Below are positions 21,351 to 32,533 of a stretch of DNA of 64,000 bases, one piece after another. Origin of the DNA: an uncultured Desulfosarcina sp. (GTDB lineage: Bacteria; Desulfobacterota; Desulfobacteria; Desulfobacterales; Desulfosarcinaceae); assembly GCA_963674945.2 (NCBI GenBank), contig CAXXWQ010000003.1, positions 1,504,001-1,568,000 of the forward strand. Reading direction: 5' to 3'. Numbering within the stretch: position 1 is the first letter of the stretch; every line of letters begins with the position of its first letter. The notes beneath the pieces were generated by a model. The model was not told the origin of the DNA. It saw only the letters and a program-made list of their open reading frames with translations, and made no database searches. Position numbers and translations under genes: made by a program.

Positions 21351-22464
21351 AAGCCGTAATATTTTTTTCCTCGCAATCTTTTGAGGCTTTCTCTCCTTCA
21401 AGATATAAAATTAAATCATACTGGCAGTCCCCGGAAATCAATGTACGGTCGAAATCTTTTGCAAAGTCGTTGGGACTTAGCACGGGTCGGCCATGGGATA
21501 GATGAAATCCATGATTGAGGCCGGAACCACCGGAGGAGCGATAGGCCCTGTAGATCAGCTCAGAACAGCATAAGGCATTGTCGTCAAAAAAATTAAAATC
21601 AAAATCATAGGGTTTATTCAGCTGCTCCAGAGCATAAAGGATGGCGGAAAGTTTTTTTTCTTTCGGCAATCGCGGCCTGAGTACGGCCAGGTAATCGGAT
21701 TTCAGGGCCTTCTCCAGGGGCTGGACGATAACTCCCTTTGACGTACTTTCGACAACAGCACTGTGGAGCAGTCCATCGGAGACCTTACGGGCATTGAACG
21801 AATGGGAAACGTTTCGAAAAAGATATTCGCTCACCGTCGAACCCAAAGCTGATTTTGACGGCCTTTCGAAATACTGGTCCATTTCATCAAGCGATCCGCA
21901 GTACAACAGCACATGCTTCCAAAATCCGCTGATAATCCAATTGCTCAAATAGTTGTTCTTTCTCAGAAGAACAATATCCCCAGGCTCGATGAGAGATTGA
22001 ATTCGCTCAATGTGTTTATCCGAGATCCGGAATTGTGTGTTACGAATTTTAATATTGGCGATTTCTTTGAATAGAATTTTATAAAGCGGAAATACTGTTG
22101 TTTTATATGCATTTTCAAGAAAAGTCATCTTACCCGATCGTGGAATGGAATCAATCGCGTCTACCTCGTCGTGTGTATGCTGGTTAAATGCACCAATTGT
22201 CGCGGACAGGGAAACAATGATGATTGTCAGGAGAATAGAAACGCCGGCACCGGCTTTTTGGGCGTAACAACACGTAAGAACATGACGAACCGTGACGTAT
22301 GTCAATGTGGCACCGACGAAATACAAATGAAACGGATAAAAAAACCTGGCATACAGAAACAAACCACAGCAAAAAAATAGTATGGACAGCTTGAAAATTG
22401 CCCACATGAATCTGGTAAGCGTGCTGGTTCTGGAAAAAGAAGACAATGTTACTTTTGTTTTCAT
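21316..22464 (-). CDS. Membrane-anchored permuted papain-like (YiiX/YebB NlpC/P60) hydrolase
   Basis: About three N-terminal TM segments; PGDIVL, GFWKHVLLY (His), KPYDFDF, CSELIYRAY (Cys). Confidence 0.78.
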   Translation of the reverse strand: MKTKVTLSSFSRTSTLTRFMWAIFKLSILFFCCGLFLYARFFYPFHLYFVGATLTYVTVRHVLTCCYAQKAGAGVSILLTIIIVSLSATIGAFNQHTHDEVDAIDSIPRSGKMTFLENAYKTTVFPLYKILFKEIANIKIRNTQFRISDKHIERIQSLIEPGDIVLLRKNNYLSNWIISGFWKHVLLYCGSLDEMDQYFERPSKSALGSTVSEYLFRNVSHSFNARKVSDGLLHSAVVESTSKGVIVQPLEKALKSDYLAVLRPRLPKEKKLSAILYALEQLNKPYDFDFNFFDDNALCCSELIYRAYRSSGGSGLNHGFHLSHGRPVLSPNDFAKDFDRTLISGDCQYDLILYLEGEKASKDCEEKNITAFRASWKKEKGN

Positions 22465-22561
22465 GAGCTAACGTGACCATTCATCTTTCATTCGACGAAT
22501 ATCATGAATGATAAATGAATGACAATGACAGAAACGGGCTTTTTGATGACAAGTATAAAGG

Positions 22562-22584
22562 AAGATCACAATAGATTGTCAAGG
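22562..22584 (-). promoter_or_regulatory. Duplicated promoter/operator-like block, copy 2
   Basis: Identical 23-mer to 20378-20400, about 100 bp upstream of the yiiX-like gene. Confidence 0.5.
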
Positions 22585-22635
22585 CAAAAAAGAGGCGGCG
22601 CGTTCTGATATAAACCGGACATGATAAGAAAATTG

Positions 22636-24201
22636 GTAACCGTTCACGGGGCATTTTAGGGCTGACATCATGGCCTTTAACCCATTGAAAACAAAGCATA
22701 AATTGTGTGCACCGTAACTGCCTGAAATAATTTAAAATAAATCTAGATTTTTTCTTTTAACTATGTTAGAGTGCTTTTCATGGCACTCAAAAGACCATTT
22801 TCAGAACTCGATTGGCAACTGACACCAGAGGCGGTGAGAAATTACATCCTATATCTGGAACAGGCGCTTCATGATATGCAAAAATGGGTTGAGACCCATG
22901 AAAAACGCATAGAGAAACTTGAAGTCCAGACCAAAATGAATTCTCGTAATTCCAGTAAACCGCCCTCATCCGATCCGCCTTTTAGCAAGCAGAAAAGAAA
23001 ACAGAAAAAGAGCAAGCGATCCAAAGGCGGACAAAAAGGACACAAACCGCACCAGCAACAACTGCTCGAGCCGACAAAGCAACATTCGTTGATGCCAAAA
23101 TGCTGCAGTTGTGGTCATTCGGTGTTCGATCAGGAAAAGATGAAGCCTTTTTACACCCATCAACAGATCGAACTTCCCAAAATCGAAATGGAAGTCAGCC
23201 ACTATATTCTGCACAAGTGCGATTGCCCCAATTGCGGGAAGGTTGTCAAAGCCAAGCTGCCATCTGCCCTGTCGAGCGGATACGGTCCCCGATTTACCGC
23301 ATTTGTTGGTGAATTAAGCGGTATTAAAGGGATGAGCCGAATGGACGTAAAGCAGTTATGCGACTCTGTGTTAGACATTCCCATTGCTACGGGGACGATC
23401 CAAAAAATCGTTGACCGCACTTCAATGGCGATTTTGCCTGTGTATGAACGTATCGGGGGTATCGCCAGAAGTTTCTGGTGCAATTATATCGATGAGACCT
23501 CCTGGTTTACAGAAAACGATCTGCACTGGCTGTGGGCCATGGTCAACGAGCGGGTTGCTTTCTATCGCATAGACCCGCATCGCTCCAAGGTGGCTTTCGA
23601 AGCACTCATCCAGGACTGGAACGGCATTCTGGTCAGCGACGGTTACGGCCTGTATCAAAAATGGGTTCACCGCCAGACGTGCCTGGCTCATCTAATCCGT
23701 AAGGCCGATTCTCTGGCGGAGAGAAAGAAGCCGGATTTACGTCGCTTCGGAGAAATCGTCGCCGCTTGGTTGAGACAACTGGTATCGTTTGCCAAAGAGC
23801 CACCCGACCCAAAGCAATGGTCGGATTTTTATACATTCTTCTTGTTTACCGTGTCCCTTTGGGAACCCGATAAAACGGATGCAGGAAAACTCGCTCGGCA
23901 GATCATCCGGGAAATGAACAACCTATGGGTGTTTATGGATCACAAGGGCGTCGATCCCACAAACAATCGTGCCGAAAGAGCGCTACGCTTTGGTGTATTG
24001 TGGCGGAAACGAAGCCTTGGCACCCAAAGCGAGAAAGGAAACCGTTGGGTTGAGCGGATATTGTCACTGAAAGAAACCTGTCGCTTACAAGCAAAGCAGA
24101 CTTTTCCTTTTCTCGTGGAGTGCATTACTTCCTATTTTCGAAATTTAGAGCCAAACCTTTCCTGGATTTAATCCAATGGGTGTTACCCTGTGAATGCGTA
24201 C
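22636..24201 (+). mobile_element. IS66-family insertion sequence (single-ORF, ISBst12-like), 1566 bp
   Basis: Imperfect TIRs GTAACCGTTCACGGGG / GTACGCATTCACAGGG (12/16); 8-bp TSD GAAAATTG at 22628-22635 and 24202-24209. Confidence 0.88.
22771..24171 (+). CDS. IS66-family DDE transposase
   Basis: NSRNSSKPPSSD, GGQKGH, zinc-finger CxxC pairs, IDET, LVSDGY, QTCLAHLIR, PTNNRAERALR. Confidence 0.93.
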   Translation: MLFMALKRPFSELDWQLTPEAVRNYILYLEQALHDMQKWVETHEKRIEKLEVQTKMNSRNSSKPPSSDPPFSKQKRKQKKSKRSKGGQKGHKPHQQQLLEPTKQHSLMPKCCSCGHSVFDQEKMKPFYTHQQIELPKIEMEVSHYILHKCDCPNCGKVVKAKLPSALSSGYGPRFTAFVGELSGIKGMSRMDVKQLCDSVLDIPIATGTIQKIVDRTSMAILPVYERIGGIARSFWCNYIDETSWFTENDLHWLWAMVNERVAFYRIDPHRSKVAFEALIQDWNGILVSDGYGLYQKWVHRQTCLAHLIRKADSLAERKKPDLRRFGEIVAAWLRQLVSFAKEPPDPKQWSDFYTFFLFTVSLWEPDKTDAGKLARQIIREMNNLWVFMDHKGVDPTNNRAERALRFGVLWRKRSLGTQSEKGNRWVERILSLKETCRLQAKQTFPFLVECITSYFRNLEPNLSWI

Positions 24202-24261
24202 GAAAATTGTAATTGCGGGAAAAGTTTTGGGGATTTAGGGGCTTGGAGAATATCTTGAGAC

Positions 24262-25008
24262 TTAATGGCTGCAAATCCCTTCAGGCAGCATGGGATTTTC
24301 CGCCTTGGGATAAAAGGGACAATCGTTTTTCAGGCACTCCTTGTTCAGTGGAAAGAACTCGCATCTGACCGGTTCACCGGCATTCAGTGAAATATCGAAG
24401 TTTTCCTTTAAAAACCGTATCGCTTTTCGGATAGCCAGAAAGGAGGTACGTTTGCAGCACCGTGGCCCGCCTCTTTCGGCGATGGAGGCCAGACTTTGAG
24501 AGGTCATCAAATTGGACATGCGCCAGCCGTCGGTGGATAGCGGCGTGGAATCGGTGATCAGGCTAATAAAAATGCCGGTACCCACCCCCGCACCGCAACT
24601 GCCATGAAAACCACAGAAACCACCCAGGACCTGCCCGGCCCTTTTGAAGGCCTCTTTGAGTTTACGCTTCTTTTTCTTGAAATTCCCTTTTTTGTTGTAA
24701 TAAGCGACAAGAAGCACTGCAGGTACCAGATAATGGTGTTCCGGACCGTGCATCTTCACGGAAGGATGATGCATCAGCGTTTTGGCCATTTGCATCGGAT
24801 CGGTGGAATCGCTTGCGACACCGAACTCCTTGATCACTTCGAACGCTCCCATACTGTGGCATGCATCACAGATGTAATGCCCCTGAGAACAACCGACGTT
24901 TGACGGGAAGGTCTTTTTACAATAGAGACAATCCATCGGTTCGGCGGTGCTGTGGTAGACCAATTCCGAGCCGCAGACCAGACAGTTATTTTTATGTTCC
25001 GTATCCAT
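24262..25008 (-). CDS. Cys-rich DUF5714-like protein
   Basis: CLVC, CLYC, HYICDACH, MHGPEHH, GGFCGFHGSCGAG, GGPRCCKR, ECLKNDCPFY; ATG at 25008. Confidence 0.7.
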   Translation of the reverse strand: MDTEHKNNCLVCGSELVYHSTAEPMDCLYCKKTFPSNVGCSQGHYICDACHSMGAFEVIKEFGVASDSTDPMQMAKTLMHHPSVKMHGPEHHYLVPAVLLVAYYNKKGNFKKKKRKLKEAFKRAGQVLGGFCGFHGSCGAGVGTGIFISLITDSTPLSTDGWRMSNLMTSQSLASIAERGGPRCCKRTSFLAIRKAIRFLKENFDISLNAGEPVRCEFFPLNKECLKNDCPFYPKAENPMLPEGICSH

Positions 25009-25180
25009 GGCGCTTTCTCTATCACTGACGGCAGGGGATTGCCACAATTTTTTTGATGATGGCGGCGCTGCCGCTACCCGAGGGGCATCAATGCATGGGA
25101 TTGATGATGGCGGGTCATCCCAAACAGGAGTATCACAGACGACCTTTGCGCAAACCGCCGGAAATCAAGTGGCAGCCGTG

Positions 25181-27247
25181 CTAACGATCCAACACTTCTC
25201 GGATGGAAGAAGCCAAATCATACAACAATATAGGTTTTATAAGAATTTTCTTAATCATGGTCCTGCTTTTCTCATCATCGAGTTCAGGTGGTTTAAAACC
25301 GGTGCATATCATTATGGGAATATCCGAACGATATTTCATCATTGCGCCGGCAAGTTTCAATCCGTTCATTTTCGGCATTCTCATATCTGTGATGACCAAG
25401 TCGTATCCTTTCGGATCGGCACGAAAAGCTTCTAAAGCAACGACAGGATCCGTCCGCATGTCAACTTTATAGCCCAAAGATGCCATCATTTCGCTAATGG
25501 CTTCCGCCAGCAATTGCTCATCTTCCACATATAGTATCCGCTCGTTGCCTGTCGGGATTTCAACAACAGGTGCCGTTATCGCCTCTGATCCTGCTTTGTT
25601 GCAGGGAAAGACAATCTTGACCGTTGTCCCGGCATTGAGTTCACTTTCGACCAGAATCCCACCATTATGCTCCTTAACGATGTTATGAACCGTCGACAAT
25701 CCAAGACCGGTCCCCACTCCGGGATCTTTGGTCGTGAAGTAAGGATCGAAAATTTGTGTGATCGTCTTTTCATCCATACCGCAACCATTGTCCGTCACCG
25801 AAAGCAAAAGATATCTGCCCGGTTCAACGCTGCCATAATTCGCTCCACCGGTTTCATCCAATTCAACGCTTGATAACGCAACGGCGATCGTACCTTCGTC
25901 ATCACCGATCGCATGAAAAGCATTCATGCACAAGTTCATGACCACTTGATGTATGGCCGTAGGATTTGCCGAAACGAGTCCCATGCCTTTTTCAACGTTG
26001 CCGCGGATTTCAATGGATGCCGGCAACGATGCCTTGAATAATCCCAATGCCTCCCTTATGGGCAAACTGATATCGCAAGGTATTCGGTCATACTCATTCG
26101 GTTTACTTAGGGCGAGTATCTGTGCGATCAGTTCTTTCGCCCGGTGACCGGCCTTCATTATCTGGCGCAGGTGTCCAGCGAGCAGAGAATCTTCGGGGGC
26201 GGCATCCTGGGCCAATTGCGTGTATCCGAACACTGCCGCCAATATATTATTGAAATCATGGGCGATACCGCCGGCCAACATACCGATCGCTTCCATTTTT
26301 TGCGCCTGAAACAGCTGTTTTTCAAGATTTTTCTTTTCCTTCTCCTCATTTTTTTTCGCTGTGATATCACGCACAATCACTAAAAAACATCTTTCCCCCT
26401 TCATTGTAACCTTAAAGTAAGTACACTCAGTGCAAATGGGGGGGATATTGTCCAATTCGAGTGTATACTCGTACTGCCCGGTGTTATCCCCTCGTAGGAT
26501 ATTTTCAAAAATGGATTTCGAATACGCCAAGTCAAAACTCTCCGGTGTATCCAATTCATAGAATTTCTTGCCTCTTAATTCATCACGATGCACTCCGAAA
26601 ATTCTTTCTACCGCCAAGCTGCACTCCATAATCGTACCATCATCTTTCAAAATCACGTACATGTCCGGGGCGTGTTCAAACAGAAACCGGAAATGTTCTT
26701 CGCTCTCCTTCAATTCTGCTTCGACACGTTTGCGCTGTGCAATTTCGTTTCGCAACTTCTTGTTGGAGGTTTCAAGTTCCTGCGTCCGAAGGTTTACACG
26801 TTCCTCGAGTTCCTGGTTCAATTGCGTAATCTCTTTCTGAACCCGTCGGTTTACGATTTGTGTTTTCACCCGGACTACGATTTCATCATGATGTAAAGGT
26901 TTTGTAATATAATCGACACCTCCGGCATTGAACGCCCTTACCTTTTCTTCGGTTTCATGAACGGCGCTGATGAAAATCACCGGGATGTCCCGCGTCTTCT
27001 CATCTGATTTGAGAATTCGGCACAACTCGAATCCATCCATTTCCGGCATGCGAATATCAAGAAGAATAAGATCGGGCGGCTGTTTTCCAATAACCGCAAG
27101 CGCTTCTTTACCACCGGTAACCGGCCTGACATTGTAACCTTCTTTCTGAAGGGTTGCAGATATCACCCTGAGGTTATCGGGATTGTCGTCAACGATGACG
27201 ATATTGCTCGAATTCATATTATGGGGCAACTCTGTAGATAGCGTCAT
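25181..27247 (-). CDS. Hybrid response regulator/kinase (REC-PAS-HisKA-HATPase-REC)
   Basis: N-terminal REC (VDDNPDN, DIRMP), [21 protein letters not shown]-terminal REC. Confidence 0.93.
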   Translation of the reverse strand: MTLSTELPHNMNSSNIVIVDDNPDNLRVISATLQKEGYNVRPVTGGKEALAVIGKQPPDLILLDIRMPEMDGFELCRILKSDEKTRDIPVIFISAVHETEEKVRAFNAGGVDYITKPLHHDEIVVRVKTQIVNRRVQKEITQLNQELEERVNLRTQELETSNKKLRNEIAQRKRVEAELKESEEHFRFLFEHAPDMYVILKDDGTIMECSLAVERIFGVHRDELRGKKFYELDTPESFDLAYSKSIFENILRGDNTGQYEYTLELDNIPPICTECTYFKVTMKGERCFLVIVRDITAKKNEEKEKKNLEKQLFQAQKMEAIGMLAGGIAHDFNNILAAVFGYTQLAQDAAPEDSLLAGHLRQIMKAGHRAKELIAQILALSKPNEYDRIPCDISLPIREALGLFKASLPASIEIRGNVEKGMGLVSANPTAIHQVVMNLCMNAFHAIGDDEGTIAVALSSVELDETGGANYGSVEPGRYLLLSVTDNGCGMDEKTITQIFDPYFTTKDPGVGTGLGLSTVHNIVKEHNGGILVESELNAGTTVKIVFPCNKAGSEAITAPVVEIPTGNERILYVEDEQLLAEAISEMMASLGYKVDMRTDPVVALEAFRADPKGYDLVITDMRMPKMNGLKLAGAMMKYRSDIPIMICTGFKPPELDDEKSRTMIKKILIKPILLYDLASSIREVLDR

Positions 27248-29301
27248 TTCTTCACTTTGCTTACCGTGTTGATAATCTGCTTATAGTTAAAATCGTCGGC
27301 ATGGCGATGGAGCAATACGGAAAGAGGGGCATTGAATCCGGAAATCTGTACAATCAATTCGGTCAATCGACCAATGTCTGCGCGACTTGCCGCATCAATC
27401 AGTTCTTTTCTTAGCTCCTCCGGCAGGTTGCCCAAATCGATCTCTGCCTCATTGATTTCTGTCATTTTACTGGGAATTATCATATCGGCATCATTTTCAG
27501 ATGGCCCATAGGGCAGGTATTTCATCATCGTTTGTATCAAATCATTTTTTCTCACCGGCTTTCTCAAATAATCGGTACAGACCTTACGAATCGCATCTTC
27601 ATCCTGCGCCAGGGCCGAGGCGGTTACAGCGATTACCGGAATTGTGTTCGTAACGTCTTCCTGTTTCAGCATCTCAGCTGCTTTATGGCCGTCGAGCACC
27701 GGCATCTTCATATCCAGAAGGATCAAGTCAGGGATCCAGGTCTTTGCAAGCGCCAGCACCTCCTTGCCATCTTTGGCCTCCAAAACCTCAAAATCCCAGT
27801 CATTCAAGAACCCTCGAAGCAGGTCGCGATTGTATTCGATATCATCGGCGATCAAGATGGTTGCTTTGTCAAAAACGATACCACGAATATCGGAGACCTC
27901 CTTTTCCGTCGAGATTGTATCGCCCAGAGCCGCCTTTTCGACATCTTCGATGACAACCGTAAACGTGCTTCCTTCATTTTCCCGGCTTTCCACCGTGATG
28001 CGCCCGTTCATGGCTTCCACCAGCCGTTTGCTGATGGTCAAACCGAGCCCGGTGCCTTCGGTGGTTCTCGCCGAAGCGACCACCGGTTGTTCGAATGCCT
28101 TGAAAATGGTTTCCTGCTTATCCTCGGGAATGCCGATCCCGGTATCGGCAACTGAGAAAATGAATGTATAGGCGCTGAACGCATCGGTTTCCATGGGTTC
28201 CACCCGTGCGGATACAGTAATGGTACCTGTCTCGGTGAACTTGACGGCATTTCCCAGCAGGTTCAGCAGCACCTGTCGTATTCGCCCTTCATCCAGCAAA
28301 AGGTCCTCATCCAGGCTCTCGTCAATATTCAACGCCAGGTTGAGGCTCTTTTCGGAGAGTCGATACTCGAAAATCCCGCAAATTTCTGTAAACAATCGTT
28401 TCGGATTGACAACTGTCTGCCGGATCTGCATCTTGCCGGCTTCGATCTTGGAAAGATCCAGGATGTCACCGATCAGGGACAGCAAACTCTCTCCTGCGGT
28501 TTGAATTCGCTCGATGTAACGCTTGTGCTTGGCATCCGATATCAATCTGGCCAGGATATCGGAAAACCCGATGATGGCATTCATGGGCGTTCTCAGCTCG
28601 TGGCTCATGTTGGCCAGAAATTGACTCTTCGCCTGGTTGGCCGCTTCGGCGGCTTCTTTGGCCTTTACCAGCGCCCCTTCGATCTTTTTGCGAATCTCGA
28701 TCTCTTCCCGAAGTTCCCTGGTCCGCTCCTCCACGGTCTGCTCGAGCTCGTTTCGATGCCGTTCCAGCTCATGCAGGTACTCTTTTTCGGTGGTGATGTC
28801 TTCCATGGTGGACCACTGACCGATCAGCTTGTCGTTCCGAATCTGTGCATAGGTGTTAAACCTTCTCCAGGTCCTACTGCCGTCAGGATTTGTTCTTGGG
28901 ATTTCCATATTTCTTACTGTGAATCGCTGCGATGCCGAATACTCGAGGTATGCTTTGTATTGTTCATAACTTTTCATATCTATTTCTTCGGACCTGCGAC
29001 CGATGATTCTCTTCGTACCGGGAACGGCCTTCAGTATATCTTTTCGGACGACCTCATTCACCTCCATATAACGCGCGCCTTCGTGAAATCGTTTTGCCAG
29101 TTCTTCGAGGGGAAGTGAAAGGGATATGGGCGGTTTGAATTCCCAGTAACGTATACCGGTGGGACTCAGATCCATGTATGCCTTGTATCGCGACAATTTT
29201 TTCGACAGTTTTCGGGAGTGAAGGCTGCAAAAAATTGCATAGGCAAGAACCCCGAGAACGAAAACAAGTGCCATATAGAACAAAGATGCTGGTAGCGTCA
29301 T
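27244..29301 (-). CDS. Hybrid sensor kinase, tandem copy 2 (TM-PAS-like-HisKA-HATPase-REC)
   Basis: [33 protein letters not shown] (ADD, DMKMP). Confidence 0.93.
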   Translation of the reverse strand: MTLPASLFYMALVFVLGVLAYAIFCSLHSRKLSKKLSRYKAYMDLSPTGIRYWEFKPPISLSLPLEELAKRFHEGARYMEVNEVVRKDILKAVPGTKRIIGRRSEEIDMKSYEQYKAYLEYSASQRFTVRNMEIPRTNPDGSRTWRRFNTYAQIRNDKLIGQWSTMEDITTEKEYLHELERHRNELEQTVEERTRELREEIEIRKKIEGALVKAKEAAEAANQAKSQFLANMSHELRTPMNAIIGFSDILARLISDAKHKRYIERIQTAGESLLSLIGDILDLSKIEAGKMQIRQTVVNPKRLFTEICGIFEYRLSEKSLNLALNIDESLDEDLLLDEGRIRQVLLNLLGNAVKFTETGTITVSARVEPMETDAFSAYTFIFSVADTGIGIPEDKQETIFKAFEQPVVASARTTEGTGLGLTISKRLVEAMNGRITVESRENEGSTFTVVIEDVEKAALGDTISTEKEVSDIRGIVFDKATILIADDIEYNRDLLRGFLNDWDFEVLEAKDGKEVLALAKTWIPDLILLDMKMPVLDGHKAAEMLKQEDVTNTIPVIAVTASALAQDEDAIRKVCTDYLRKPVRKNDLIQTMMKYLPYGPSENDADMIIPSKMTEINEAEIDLGNLPEELRKELIDAASRADIGRLTELIVQISGFNAPLSVLLHRHADDFNYKQIINTVSKVKK
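27812..28769. repeat. Apparently identical ~958-bp direct repeat, copy A (kinase core)
   Basis: Matches 29863-30820 at offset 2051; the off-frame ORFs are identical too (28038..28250 = 30089..30301; 28193..28504 = 30244..30555). Confidence 0.9.
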
Positions 29302-31352
29302 TTTTTCTCTTTTCTTACCGTGTTGATCACCTGCTTATAGTTATACTCATCGGCGTGGTGTCGCAGCAGCGCTGAAAGAGATGGATTGAATTCGGCAATT
29401 CGTGCAATCAATTCGGTCAATCGGCCGATATCCGCGTAATTGGCCGCATCGATCAGCTCATCTTTCACCACCTTCGGCAAATTGCCAGAATCAATCTCTT
29501 TTTCATTGGCTGCAGGTCTATGAAGAATCGCCGCGTCGACAACGTTTTCACACTTTCCATGGGGCATGTATTTCATCATGGTCGTTATCAAATCCTTTTT
29601 TCTCACCGGCTTTCGCAGATAATCGGTGCAGATCCTGCGGATCGCTACTTCATCCTGAATCAGGGCTGAGGCAGTTACCGCAATCACGGGAATATCTTTC
29701 GTAGCATCATCTTGTTTAAGCAGTTTGGCGGCTTCATAGCCGTCCATCACCGGCATTTTGATATCCAAAAGAATCAAGTCCGGTTTCCGGCTTTTTGCAA
29801 GCGCCAGTACACCCATGCCATTTTCGGCTTCCAAAACCGTTAAATCCGAGCCATTTAAAAATCCTCGAAGCAGGTCGCGATTGTATTCGATATCATCGGC
29901 GATCAAGATGGTTGCTTTGTCAAAAACGATACCACGAATATCGGAGACCTCCTTTTCCGTCGAGATTGTATCGCCCAGAGCCGCCTTTTCGACATCTTCG
30001 ATGACAACCGTAAACGTGCTTCCTTCATTTTCCCGGCTTTCCACCGTGATGCGCCCGTTCATGGCTTCCACCAGCCGTTTGCTGATGGTCAAACCGAGCC
30101 CGGTGCCTTCGGTGGTTCTCGCCGAAGCGACCACCGGTTGTTCGAATGCCTTGAAAATGGTTTCCTGCTTATCCTCGGGAATGCCGATCCCGGTATCGGC
30201 AACTGAGAAAATGAATGTATAGGCGCTGAACGCATCGGTTTCCATGGGTTCCACCCGTGCGGATACAGTAATGGTACCTGTCTCGGTGAACTTGACGGCA
30301 TTTCCCAGCAGGTTCAGCAGCACCTGTCGTATTCGCCCTTCATCCAGCAAAAGGTCCTCATCCAGGCTCTCGTCAATATTCAACGCCAGGTTGAGGCTCT
30401 TTTCGGAGAGTCGATACTCGAAAATCCCGCAAATTTCTGTAAACAATCGTTTCGGATTGACAACTGTCTGCCGGATCTGCATCTTGCCGGCTTCGATCTT
30501 GGAAAGATCCAGGATGTCACCGATCAGGGACAGCAAACTCTCTCCTGCGGTTTGAATTCGCTCGATGTAACGCTTGTGCTTGGCATCCGATATCAATCTG
30601 GCCAGGATATCGGAAAACCCGATGATGGCATTCATGGGCGTTCTCAGCTCGTGGCTCATGTTGGCCAGAAATTGACTCTTCGCCTGGTTGGCCGCTTCGG
30701 CGGCTTCTTTGGCCTTTACCAGCGCCCCTTCGATCTTTTTGCGAATCTCGATCTCTTCCCGAAGTTCCCTGGTCCGCTCCTCCACGGTCTGCTCGAGCTC
30801 GTTTCGATGCCGTTCCAGCTTCTGCAGGTACTCTTTTTCGGTCGTGATGTCTTCAGAGGTCGACCACTGGCCGATCAGACATCCATCTTTAATCTGTGCA
30901 TATGAATGAAACCTTCGCCAGACTATACTGCCGTCGGGATTTTCTCTTGGAATTTCATAATTTTTGATACTGAATTTCTGAGACGCCGTATACTCAAAAA
31001 ACGATTTATACTGCTCAAATCCCTGCCCACCCAACTGGGCGCCGCTCATGCCGATAATATCTTTTTGACCGGGAAGAACTTCCATTATATATTTTCGAAA
31101 AACCTCATTCATCTCCATGTATCGTGAATCCGTAAAAAACCGCTTCGCCTGTTCTTCGATGGGAAGCGAAAGAGGAATGGGGGGATGGAATTCGAGAAAG
31201 TGAATGCCGGTGGGACTCAGATCCATATATGCCTTGTATCGTGATAATTTTTTCGACAGTTTTCGGGAGTGAAGGAAGCATAAAGCCGCGAACAGCAGAG
31301 TAACAAAAACGAAAATCAGGATCGTATGGGCCAGTAGCGCGGGTATTTTCAT
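29298..31352 (-). CDS. Hybrid sensor kinase, tandem copy 1 (TM-PAS-like-HisKA-HATPase-REC)
   Basis: Same motifs as 27244..29301; 4-nt ATGA overlap with it. Confidence 0.93.
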   Translation of the reverse strand: MKIPALLAHTILIFVFVTLLFAALCFLHSRKLSKKLSRYKAYMDLSPTGIHFLEFHPPIPLSLPIEEQAKRFFTDSRYMEMNEVFRKYIMEVLPGQKDIIGMSGAQLGGQGFEQYKSFFEYTASQKFSIKNYEIPRENPDGSIVWRRFHSYAQIKDGCLIGQWSTSEDITTEKEYLQKLERHRNELEQTVEERTRELREEIEIRKKIEGALVKAKEAAEAANQAKSQFLANMSHELRTPMNAIIGFSDILARLISDAKHKRYIERIQTAGESLLSLIGDILDLSKIEAGKMQIRQTVVNPKRLFTEICGIFEYRLSEKSLNLALNIDESLDEDLLLDEGRIRQVLLNLLGNAVKFTETGTITVSARVEPMETDAFSAYTFIFSVADTGIGIPEDKQETIFKAFEQPVVASARTTEGTGLGLTISKRLVEAMNGRITVESRENEGSTFTVVIEDVEKAALGDTISTEKEVSDIRGIVFDKATILIADDIEYNRDLLRGFLNGSDLTVLEAENGMGVLALAKSRKPDLILLDIKMPVMDGYEAAKLLKQDDATKDIPVIAVTASALIQDEVAIRRICTDYLRKPVRKKDLITTMMKYMPHGKCENVVDAAILHRPAANEKEIDSGNLPKVVKDELIDAANYADIGRLTELIARIAEFNPSLSALLRHHADEYNYKQVINTVRKEKK
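29863..30820. repeat. Apparently identical ~958-bp direct repeat, copy B
   Basis: Matches 27812-28769. Confidence 0.9.
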
Positions 31353-31892
31353 CCTTATTCAACCTTCTGAATGAAACACTATGATAAGAAAAGTTCTTCA
31401 ATAACCCTGGCGCGAAAAGCAGGACTTGTCCGACCACCGCTGAACCGCAGCGGACATAAGTCTATAAGTTTATAGAATATCACGATTTCATCATTCCAGA
31501 AAGCAAAAATATATTGCCCACAAGACCGGTAAGACCGAATCGTATGCGTGGCCAATGGAAATAAGGATTTACGCCTATTATGGTTGAAAATCGTATAATG
31601 TGATGGGAATAAAAAATGCTGGCGGGAAATGTTTGAAAAAACAAATAGATCAATCGGTAAATCCCTTGTGTCCCCCGTCCCCGAATTCTTTTCATATCAC
31701 TGCCTCCACGCCGGCAGCCTGCGCTTTTTTGCGTGCCGGGCGTGGAAATGACGCATGGAACAACTTCACACGCGGAGCGAACAGGATGATGTATGTCACG
31801 TTGCGCTGCCTGAGCCCTGAATAAGGAAGCCGCGTTGGCAATGCGTCATGCATCATTCTGTTCGCGGAAACACAAGTGCCCGAAATTGAACA

Positions 31893-32522
31893 TTAAAATG
31901 ATACTACGATCTCATCGTATGTTTTCCTCCATTTCGCGGGAACCAATTCCAGATCCGGCTTTTTGTGCCCGACGGCGATCAGCAATGGGATCCAGTAATT
32001 GTCGGGAATGTTGAACTCCTTTCTCACCGTCTCATGATCGAACCCGTCCATGGGATGCGTTTCCAGCCCCAGGCTCGTTGCCGCATACATGAGACTCATG
32101 GCAAAAAATCCGGCGTTTTTGGCGGCAAAGGCGATTTTGGCATCGGCGTTCCAGCCGTACAGGGACTTTGTTGCATTGATAAACCACTCCCGCTGTCCGG
32201 TCTGCATGCTCCCGGCCGACAGCATCTGCTCCCAGTTTTTCTCTAATATGGGATGTCCCTCCCGATAACCGTCCTTATCGGCGAGGACGGCGAAAACAAC
32301 GGGTGCCTCGGTGACCTTGGGCTGATTCCAGGCCAGTTGTTTCAACTTCTCTTTCTCTTCGGGGTCCCGAAACACCATGAGATTCCAGGGCTGCAGATTG
32401 AAGCTGGAAGGTGTGTTGCTCGCCATTTCAACGATTTTCACCAGTGTTTCCTGGTCGACGTTTCGATCGGGATCGAAAAAATTGATGGCACGGCGTTTCT
32501 GTGTGATTTCTTGAAAGTTCAT
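31893..32522 (-). CDS. Nitroreductase-family protein
   Basis: KRRAINFF, TPSSFNLQPW, AWNQPKV, THPMDGFD. Confidence 0.92.
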   Translation of the reverse strand: MNFQEITQKRRAINFFDPDRNVDQETLVKIVEMASNTPSSFNLQPWNLMVFRDPEEKEKLKQLAWNQPKVTEAPVVFAVLADKDGYREGHPILEKNWEQMLSAGSMQTGQREWFINATKSLYGWNADAKIAFAAKNAGFFAMSLMYAATSLGLETHPMDGFDHETVRKEFNIPDNYWIPLLIAVGHKKPDLELVPAKWRKTYDEIVVSF

Positions 32523-32533
32523 CGTCGTAACTC

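Noticed and set aside
22714..22730. GTAACTGCCTG as the IS66 left end
   Set aside because: No matching target duplication; 22636 gives a better TIR and an exact 8-bp TSD
25030..25046. Minus-strand TGGCAATCCCCTGCC as a sigma-54 promoter for the DUF5714-like gene
   Set aside because: GG-to-GC spacing is 9 rather than the required 10
31425..31850. Hairpin GACTTGTCCG..CGGACATAAGTC, palindrome TCTATAA-GT-TTATAGA (31461-31476) and a 9-bp inverted repeat (31748/31841)
   Set aside because: Single occurrences with no second copy or assignable regulator; could be chance or generic operator/terminator structures
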